64,000 nucleotides of DNA, from assembly GCF_009914755.1 (NCBI RefSeq), contig NC_060944.1; one strand, 5' to 3'. Made by a program: the position numbers and the translations under genes. Positions 54,759 through 64,000 of the stretch are shown here, piece by piece. A model generated the notes under the pieces. The model saw only the letters and a list, made by a program, of their open reading frames with translations. It was not told where the DNA came from and did no database searches. The DNA comes from the human T2T-CHM13v2.0 reference genome, Homo sapiens. Each line of letters begins with the position of its first letter. Position 1 is the stretch's first letter.

Positions 54759-54946
54759 CAGTGGTTCTCAAACTTGACTGTACATCGCAATCACCTGGAG
54801 GTTTGTTAAAACCCAAAGGACTGAGCGCCATCCCCCGAGTGTCAGATTCAATAGGTCCAGGGTGGAGCGAGACCTTGTGAATGTCTAACATGCACCCAGA
54901 TGATACCAGTGGTGTTGGTCCGGGGACCACACGTTGAGAACCATTG
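54759..54946 (+). mobile_element. MER5A inserted in a MIR
   Basis: TIRs cagtggttctcaa / ttgagaaccattg; 8-bp TSD ctttaagc/ctttaagt. Confidence 0.9.
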
Positions 54947-55371
54947 CTTTAAGTACCTGGGCATGTTGTAAGTGCTCCAGATAGTTTGCTTTTAGCAGCT
55001 TTCCTCCTGTCTTTGAGCCTGTCTGACACTCTGTCCTTTGTGAGATCTTAGCTTACTGCACAAAATCAAGTCAAACCAACATAGGGGTCCATCAGGATGA
55101 CCTATTACAGGGGCTAAACAGAGAGCAGGAGCTGAAATAGAGAAGCAAAACAAGGAGAGGCCCAAAATCTAGAAAAGGAGTGGGTAGCCAGGAAGTTTGC
55201 TTGAGTCTGCTGAGATCGCTTAAAGAGGTGGACAACCTCAGCTCAGTTGCTTGTACTGTATTAAGAGGAATTTCTCACCTGATGCACATGACCGGCTATC
55301 AAGGGAAGAGGTCTTCCTCTTGACTTAGCTTAATACCTTCCTTAATTCTGAATTAATTGGCCCTAAAAGTA

Positions 55372-55769
55372 TTTTGGAAGCAATGGTTAAAACTGTTCAG
55401 CATATTAGCTCTATATTGTGTTTATCAAAATCTTTTATTTATAATTCACTGCAAAGCAAATCAAAATTAGTTAAGTAAAACAAGAAATGTGGCTTCTCTG
55501 TCTATGAAGTTGCCATCCTATTGTTTCTTTGCTTCTCTACTAAACTTGCTTTCACTTTGCAAAAAAAACCAAAAAACTAAAAAACAGGAAAAAAAAAAAC
55601 AAGGAATATAACAGCTCATCCAAGGACAGAGTTGGACTCATGCACAGAGCAATCCTTGGTTCAGAGGATGTATGCCATCAAAACTTTGTTTTTCTCCACC
55701 TTTCAGCTCAGGTGTTCTATGTGTTATCTCATTCTCAGGCAAATGGCAAACGTGGACCAGCTCCAGGGT
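55372..55769 (+). repeat. Direct duplication 1, copy 2 (interrupted by a retroposed LTR fragment)
   Basis: Colinear with 53739-54335 once each insert is removed; ~88% identical by eye. Confidence 0.93.
55491..55595 (+). mobile_element. Short polyadenylated retrocopy of an ERV1 LTR (MER41/LTR8-like) transcript end
   Basis: ctctgtctatgaagttgccatcct..actaaacttgctttcacttt + A tail; TSD aaaacaagaaatgt/aaaacaaggaatat; absent from the paralog. Confidence 0.75.
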
Positions 55770-56066
55770 TATATCCTATCAGTTTAGATGCACCAGTAGA
55801 TAGAGGGCCTGTTTCCCAAGGGTACCAAGAAAATATGGACATTTGGTTTAATCAGCCGGGAATAAGGAAAGCACATACCCTTAAAGCAATGCCTGCAACT
55901 TGGAGAATTGGATGCTGTCTTTGGCCTGGGTTCAAGTCTCTCCTGTGGAAGCAGTGAGCAGACTCAGCACTGCACAACTTGGGCTGAGATTGGTCCACCC
56001 AGAGGAGTTTTGATGTCATTGTTGCTTGGGGAAGAATGACCTCAAATCCAACTAACACGCTCCTCC

Positions 56067-56874
56067 TGCCAGGACTGATGCAGTAGCCACCTTCAGGTCT
56101 TCTCATCTCTACTTACTACCCTGTCCCAGTTTGGCCAGCACAGAACTTCCAGATTAAGTCATAATTCAAAGCTCATATCACAATGAGAAGAGCTACCATT
56201 TCACGAGTGTTTATTCTGTCTCAGGTGCTTCAGTTATAGTCCTTCTGATCCTTATATTAGCCTTTCTCATCATTTAAATCTCAGCTTAAACATCGTCTTC
56301 TTTAAGGATTCTTGCCTGAAAGCCTATCTAAATCAGTTGTTGTCTGTAAAAGCCCAGATAGATAGCTGGAGCTTGGCCTAAGCCATCTTCTCACTTTCCT
56401 GATATTTTCTAATTCTGAAATGGTAGGTAGCCTTACTCTTCTCATGATGTCTCAGCTTAGGATCTATGGACCTTCCTTTTTTCTGTCATCTCTCCTCACA
56501 CTCTTCATTTATTCCATCACTCATTTTTCTTGATTGGACCTCCATGATGCTTTTCCCATGTCACTTCCACTTCCATTTCCACAGGAGCCATGTCATTTGA
56601 AGTATACCCTCCTGTTGCCAGGACTGATGCAGTAGCCACCTTCAGTTCTCATCTCTACTTACTACCCTGCCCTAGTTTTCCCAGTACAGAACTGCCAGAC
56701 TAAGTCATAATTCACAGCTCATATCACAATAAGCTAACATTTCATGAGTGCTTATTCTGCCTCAGGTACTTTAATTATAGTCCTTCTGATCCTTATATTA
56801 ATCTTTCTTATCATTTAAATATCAACTTAAACATCATCTTCTTTAAGGACTCTTCCATGAAAGCCTATCTAAAT
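56067..56874 (+). repeat. Direct duplication 2 (56067-56333 and 56616-56874)
   Basis: tgccaggactgatgcagtagccaccttcag ... tgaaagcctatctaaat in both; ~90% identical by eye. Confidence 0.95.
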
Positions 56875-57648
56875 GAGGAGTCATCAATTTCTTTCTACAA
56901 AGGGCCAGATAGTAAATATTTTCAGCATTGTGGGCCATGCAGTCTGTGTCACAACTACAGCTGACCCTTGAACAATGAGGGAGTTAGCAGTGCTGATCCT
57001 CTGCATAATCAAAAATCCACAGATAACTTTTGACTTCACGAAAACTTAACTACTTATAGCCTATTGTTGACCAGAAGCCTTACCAACAACATAAAGTCAA
57101 TTAACACATATTTTGTATGTTATATGCGTTATATACAATGTTCTTACAATAAAGTAAGCTAGAGAAAAGAAAACGTTGTCAGGAAAATCATAAGAAAGAG
57201 AAAACATATTAACTATTAAGTGAAAGTGGATCATCATAAAGGTCTTCATCCTTGTCATCTTCACATTGAGTAGGCTGAGAAGAAGAAGTAAGTAGAGGGG
57301 TTGGTTTGCTTTCTCAGAGGTGGCAGAGGCAGAAGAAAATCCATGTATAAGTGACCCACACAGTTCAAGCTCATGTTGTTCAAGGGACAGCTGTATTCAA
57401 TCTTCCATTGTAGCATAAAAGCAATGATAGATTATATCCCAGTGAATGGTAGTGACTATGATCCAATACAACTTTATCAAAGGACACTGAAATTTGAATT
57501 TCTTGTCATTTTTGTGTGTCATAAAACATCATTCTTCTTCTGATTTTTCAACCATTTAAAAATATAAAAACCACTCTTACTTTGTTGGCCCTATGAAAGC
57601 AGATGGCAGGCTGGATCAGGCCCACAGGCAACAGTTCACCAACCCCTG
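56875..57648 (+). mobile_element. MER58B, interrupted by Tigger2a
   Basis: aaagggccagatagtaaatatttt...gacactgaaatttgaattt...caacccctg; TSD-like atctaaat/atccaaag. Confidence 0.8.
56958..57393. mobile_element. Tigger2a/MER28-like (TcMar-Tigger), nested
   Basis: TIRs cagctgacccttgaacaa / ttgttcaagggacagctg with TA duplication; 436 bp. Confidence 0.88.
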
Positions 57649-58754
57649 ATCCAAAGCAATCCAGCTCTCTCACTTTTCTCTTTCTCGTCACCCTGTTTTA
57701 TTTCCTTCATAAAATTACAACTATCTGATATCATGTTGTTTATGTATTTTCTCATATCTAGCACTGTGCTAGGCTCCAAGGATACAGCAATGAACAAAAT
57801 GACATTTTCCTTTCCTTCACAGATCTTACATTCTTGTTGGAGGAAATAGACACAAAATTAAAAAATAAATAAGGCCATTTAGGATCCCATGAAGGGAATA
57901 GAGCATTATGGGCCTGGGTAGCAGTGGTGCTAATTTACTTTGGGTGCTCCAGGAAGACTCCTTTGAGGGGCAGCTTCTGACATATGAAGGACTGAGGGAG
58001 CCACAAATGAGAAGAAGAGGATTTCAGACAGGGACAGCAAGTGCAAAGGCCCTGAGGCAAGTAGGAGCTGGGCTCGTTGTGGGGAACTGAAAGAAAGCCA
58101 GTGTCCCTGGAATGCTGTGAGCTCAAGGTGACAGACTCAATTGTGCAGGCCATGGTAATGAGTTCAGATTACTCTGAATACATTGAGAGGCTTTAAATAG
58201 GGAAAGAGCATGACCCAATGGGCATTTTTGAAGATGACTCTGCTCCTGTGTGCAGGAATGGATTGCACACAGGACATGTATGTGTGTGTGAATGTACCTT
58301 TCCTTCCTTATCAGGAAGCTCCTTGAAGACCTCAGGCATATGAAGGCCTCAACAAAAACTTTATAAACTTAATGCATCAATTAAAACCATTAACACAGCC
58401 ACATAACTTTTTCTTAACCTCCTCACTAGCAATCCTTTTTATAGCCTGGTTCCCAAAGCAGGTCAATTTATATCATAAAACTCAAAAATTACAGCTTATA
58501 GCATAAAATGACCTCCCATGATATAATGTGGCAAAATAAGCGAATTAATACCAGAGGTAGTAAATGTCTGGGCACTAATGTGACTTGAGTATGAAATATG
58601 TTTCCATCGCATTAGGAGTAAGGATCCAAAATGAGAGGGGGATCGGTGACCTGGCACCACCTACATGGAGCTAGCTATGCTAAGTCCTGGTTTAGAAGAT
58701 CCACTTGGTATGAATGCAACCACTTAGGTATTTTTGATTCTTCTCATCATTTAG

Positions 58755-59118
<364 letters not shown>

Positions 59119-59504
59119 AGTCAGCAAGTATTCCTAAAAGTAAACTGTATTTAGATACTATGCCAGGCTTGTATCCAGAAATGAGCAAGGCAAAGAAAGC
59201 CTCTGGCCTCATGCAGTTTATGTGCTGTTGCTGTCATGGAGCAAACAATTTAATCAAAGAGAATAATTTCAGTGCTGTTAGTTGTAAGAATGCTGAGCCA
59301 AAAAATGGGGAAATGGAAGGCTACTTTAGATGGGTGGTCAGAAAAGTCTTTTCTGAGAAACTGACATTTTTGCTGAGACCTAAATAATGAGAAGCAGCCA
59401 GGCATCCACTGAGTCAAGGAATGAGGGCTCCAGGCAGAAGGAACAGCACATGCAAAGTTCTTGAGGTCAAAAAAAGCTTGGTGTATTTAAAGCATTATCT
59501 AGTA

Positions 59505-59729
59505 CAGAGGTTTGTAAACCTCTTTTGTCAAAAGGCCAGATAGTAAATGTCTGAGGCTTTGTAGGCCATACAGTGTCTACTACAAATCTTCAACTCTGCC
59601 ATTGTATCACAAAAGCAGCCATAGGTGATATGTAAATGATTAAGCATGGCTGAGTTCCAATAAAACTTTATTTATGAAAATAAGTGGAGGGCCAGATTTG
59701 GCCCACAGGCTAGAGTTTACCAGCCTATG
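59505..59729 (+). mobile_element. MER58A
   Basis: ggccagatagtaaat...ccaataaaactttatttatgaaa..ggccagatttggccc; TSD atctagta/gtctagta. Confidence 0.88.
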
Positions 59730-59742
59730 GTCTAGTAGGATA

Positions 59743-60207
59743 GTGTCTCATGTGGGGGTCCTAGAAGCAGATCCTGACATCAGGGTTCCTGGGCTATTAA
59801 ACCTATTGAATCCCTGGTTTCTCAGGAATGTGCTCCCAGGAAGAACCAGTAAGGGAGTAGGGAAGCAGGACAGGGAAGGAAAGAAAGCCAAGCAAGTCCT
59901 AGCCTCTGCCTGATCCCATGGGGAGCCTCAGAGTTCCACCTGTCTGTAAGCAAGGGCTGGGCTACCTTGGCTAATGACTGATTGACTCCACATCAATCAG
60001 TCATTGGCTCAAGGATAGCCAGGGGTACACACTTGAAGGCAGCAAGGGCACTCTGTGTGTACTGGCAGAGCAGCTTCAGCGACCAGGGGACATCCCCAGA
60101 AGAGAGCTGCAGGTGCACCTATTAGAAAGTAAAACACTCAGAAGCCAGACGTGGGCACAAGGATATAGTATCCAAAATCCAAAGGCATCCCTACTGTGTC
60201 CTCTACA
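59743..60207 (-). mobile_element. LTR16-like (ERVL) LTR
   Basis: tgtctca..ctagaagcagatcctgaca..cccaggaagaaccagtaagggagtagggaagcaggacagggaagga resembles the LTR16 reverse strand. Confidence 0.6.
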
Positions 60208-60440
60208 GATGCATTTCCCTGTGGCCAGGTTCTTATCTAGCTCTCACTTGCATAGAAAAATGTCTCAGTTTCCCCAAAGTTACCTTTGTGAATAAAGGTA
60301 GACTCTCCACCTACCTCTCAGAGCTGATGTTAAAATATATCAAGTTCTTTTGTCCAAAAAAAGGATCAAAAGAAGAGGTGACTTTCACCTGATTGTCACT
60401 GATAAAATAATTAATTTACATAGCAATTCAAAATAGTGCA
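59927..60440 (-). repeat. Arm B of the inverted duplication (partner 47985-48471)
   Basis: Reverse complement aligns colinearly with arm A, ~80% by eye. Confidence 0.9.
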
Positions 60441-63400
60441 AATATACAGGAATCACGTTTTTGAAAGTGATCAGAGAAGCCTGGCCTCTGGCTTAGCCTT
60501 TCATATGCAGATCAGTGAGGGAGAGGGAACTGGCATTGACTGAGTACCTGCTGTGTGCATTGTGTCAAGAGCTTTTCTATCTTTTTTCTGATTTAACCCT
60601 TACCACACGCTTTAAGTAGCGATATTACCCCCATTTTATGGATGGGGAAACCGAGGTTCAGGTATAAGCCCCTCAAGGGCAGAACAGGGGCTGTAAAATT
60701 TAAAATCCTTAACTCATATTCACCGAATGGACCTCAGAAAGGTCTGTAACATACTGAGGGTGACCATGACTGACAGGTGACAGAGTTAGGATTTAAGGCC
60801 GGTTCTGACACTGAAGTCTGTGCATTTTTCTAGTGGCACCTTTCAGACTGGTGATTCGAAGGAATAAATACAAAATGGCTAGCCAGTGGCGTCATGCAGT
60901 GCTCTTTGTATAAGGAGGTGGCATTCCTGTGCCAAGCATGTGATTTGTGTCAATTGCTTGCTGTCGTGAGGAGGCCTTGCCGAGACTCCTTCACACATTC
61001 TCACTGTGCCACTCCCAGATCAGAACAGACACATGCAGTCCTCTTATCCTGTTCCCTGGACAAATCTTTCCCAAGACGGAACCTGGGACATGCCTAATAA
61101 TGATCTGACTTGCTGGTTCAATCAACAAATATTTATTCAGCATTTATTATGTACCAGGCACCATCAAAGCCCTGAAGACACAAACTTTTATGACAATCAT
61201 AATTAACATGGAGTTAGCGCCCTACCAGTGTTATCTCATTATTCCCTTCCCACATCCTCCAAAGTAGGATCATGGGTCCCCATGTTGTAGAAGAAAAAGC
61301 TAAGCCTTAAAGAGGTTAAGTAAGTGGCCCATTATCATACAGTTAGGAAGCAGCAGAACAAGAATTCAAATGCAAATTTGCCAAACTTCATTATCACTGC
61401 CAGAACTCATGCCCTGTCCTGATTCTTGCAAAAAATCAGGGCTAATAGTTATTGAATGCTTACTATGTCCGAGGCACTCTTTAAAACTCTTTACATACAT
61501 CATGCCATTTTATCTTTCCTGCCATCACACCAGATAGGTCCCTGTCATCACCCCTATTTTACAGATGAAGTACCTAAAGTCAACAGAAATTAAGCGCCTT
61601 GACCATCACCACACAGCTTTCAGCTGGTGGAGCTTGGATTTAAACCCCAGCTCTGCTGGACTTTAGGGCTTGCTGGGAAGCAGAGTTATAATTTTTTAAT
61701 TACCAAAAAAAGGAAAAAATAAAATAGTAAGAAGAATAAACATATACTGAAAGCTTACTTATGTGCCAAACACTGGGTTTAGTACTTCTTTGTTTTAGCT
61801 TATTCAAGCTTCCGTGCTCTGGGAAGTAGGTGATTTTCTTATTCCTATTTTACAGTTGAAGGAATGGAGGTATAGCAAAGTGAGGTCATCCTACCCAGTC
61901 ACACAAATGTTTTGTGATGAGGGCAAAATTCAATTACAGATTGGTCTGACTCTCCAAGATAAACAGATTAACCCTATTTTTATCCAGGGAAGATTTTCCT
62001 GCATGCTTGGTCTGTGACCTGGGTTTATGAAGAATGAATAGAAACCTGTGCTCGCCTGCTCCATCCAATTGACTGCAATATGCAAAAGAGGCTTGAATGT
62101 AGAGCTTCGAGGAGTTTGGGGTGAAAGAAGGTGGCAGAAGGAAAGTAAAAACGGGTACAGTAATTCCCAGGGCTCTTTGTCAAGTTCCTGACCAAATGCC
62201 CGGCAGGGGCTTTCTTCCTCTTCTTCCACTTCTTCCTTCATTCATAAGAGTTTTACCGCCTCGAACAACGTGAAATGTGTAGCTTGGGCTTGTTGAGAAT
62301 GGAGTGTGTCTGTTAAGTGTTGCTTCTTGAATGCTGGACCGCCACCTCCATCTTAGTTACGCACGCCCATCTTTTTCAATCTAATGAACTCCAACCATCA
62401 GTGCAACTTAAGTTCGGCTGTCTGTTCGTGCATAGTTAATATTAAAAATGTACTAACAGTGTGGCTGAGAAATCAAATTATGCACATAAATATGCTGGCA
62501 TAGCACAGGCGGCGGCAGAAGCTGAAGTTAGCAACACTGATGCCAGTTCACATTTGCAAATCTCCCGTCAATCTGTCATTAAACATGTTATCAAATGATG
62601 ATAAGTGTATGCTTCTTGCTTGCATTGGTGAGCCGATTCCCGATGTTGATGCACATTAATGGGATAATACGCATTAACATAGTTGTGCTTGGATGAACAC
62701 AAAACATTTTTTATCTGTCTCCGTTTGTTTCCCCCTGTGGCCCCGAAGTAAGTGTTTTGTGTTATCAAATTGCCAAAAACACGGGAAAACATATTACTTT
62801 TAATTAGCAAATCTTGTTGGGATTTTCCCCCCTACACGCCCGTCCCCCCCACCCCCATTGTGTGATGGCAATAAGAGAGAGAAAGAGAGAGGAGAGAGAA
62901 ATAGAGAGAGGAAGAGAGAGAGGAACTCTACTGTCTTCTTTCAGTAAAACGATTAATGTCAGCAACTCAGAAGCTGGCAATTATGTTCTGTCTTAATGCA
63001 CTGGCCTTTCATCTGGGGCCCTTACTCTTGACAGGCCTGATCGTTTCAGTTCAGTGATATGAAAGGCAGCAGAGGAAATGATCGTAGACATCCCGGGTCT
63101 GTCACGAGGGCCGGCGCTGCAATTCGGATCCAGCTCCACGTTCTGAAGCTGTTCAGCAGAGTCAGAAGCACAGGAGACAGATGGTGGCCCCAGGCATTGC
63201 CCAGACTTTGGGTGTCACTGTGCTGAGTGGGGAAGTTGTAGCTACCACCATTTCCCAAACTTAAGAACTGGGAAAATGTGCAAGCCCCCACAAAGTGAGA
63301 AACACGGTATTAAAAAGTTAAATGTCCTTTTGCGTTGATCACAGAGCACCAGCTCAACGCAAGGATAAACGTGAATGCGGGCAGTGATTTCATACAGCAG

Positions 63401-63556
63401 TGTTTGGATAGGAGTCTCTTCTCCTGAGGATCCAGGAGAGGATTGGATTCATTTTTCACCAAAATGAAAATAAAATTTAGATATTCTTGATTGAAAATTC
63501 AGAACTTTATGAAATTTTTTTGCAGATGTTGGGTCAGTACAATATCTGAGAAATGG

Positions 63557-63960
<404 letters not shown>

Positions 63961-64000
63961 TCAGGACATCTTTGAGATTGGATTGATTCATTCATTCAAC

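Overview
Human genomic DNA from inside TSHZ2 (teashirt zinc finger homeobox 2, recognised from the protein; known to lie at 20q13.2), transcribed on the + strand. The window holds the end of intron 1, one 3073-nt exon (31627-34699) carrying nearly the whole CDS (five C2H2 fingers, a PIDLT CtBP-type motif, an atypical homeodomain), and the start of an intron that opens 8 nt after the stop codon. The rest is intronic: Alu, L1, L2, MIR, LTR and hAT/Tc-mariner relics, microsatellites and candidate enhancers. I found no new protein-coding system. The most unusual structure is in intron 2 at about 47.8-60.4 kb. It contains a ~490-bp non-Alu inverted duplication with arms ~11.5 kb apart, one arm having gained a pre-miRNA-like hairpin. 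It also contains two direct duplications, one with reciprocal filled and empty insertion sites, including an L1-retroposed polyadenylated ERV-LTR fragment. A tiny human-specific L1HS-Ta insertion lies there too. Repeat family names and percent identities were judged by eye and need confirming with RepeatMasker/Dfam and alignment.
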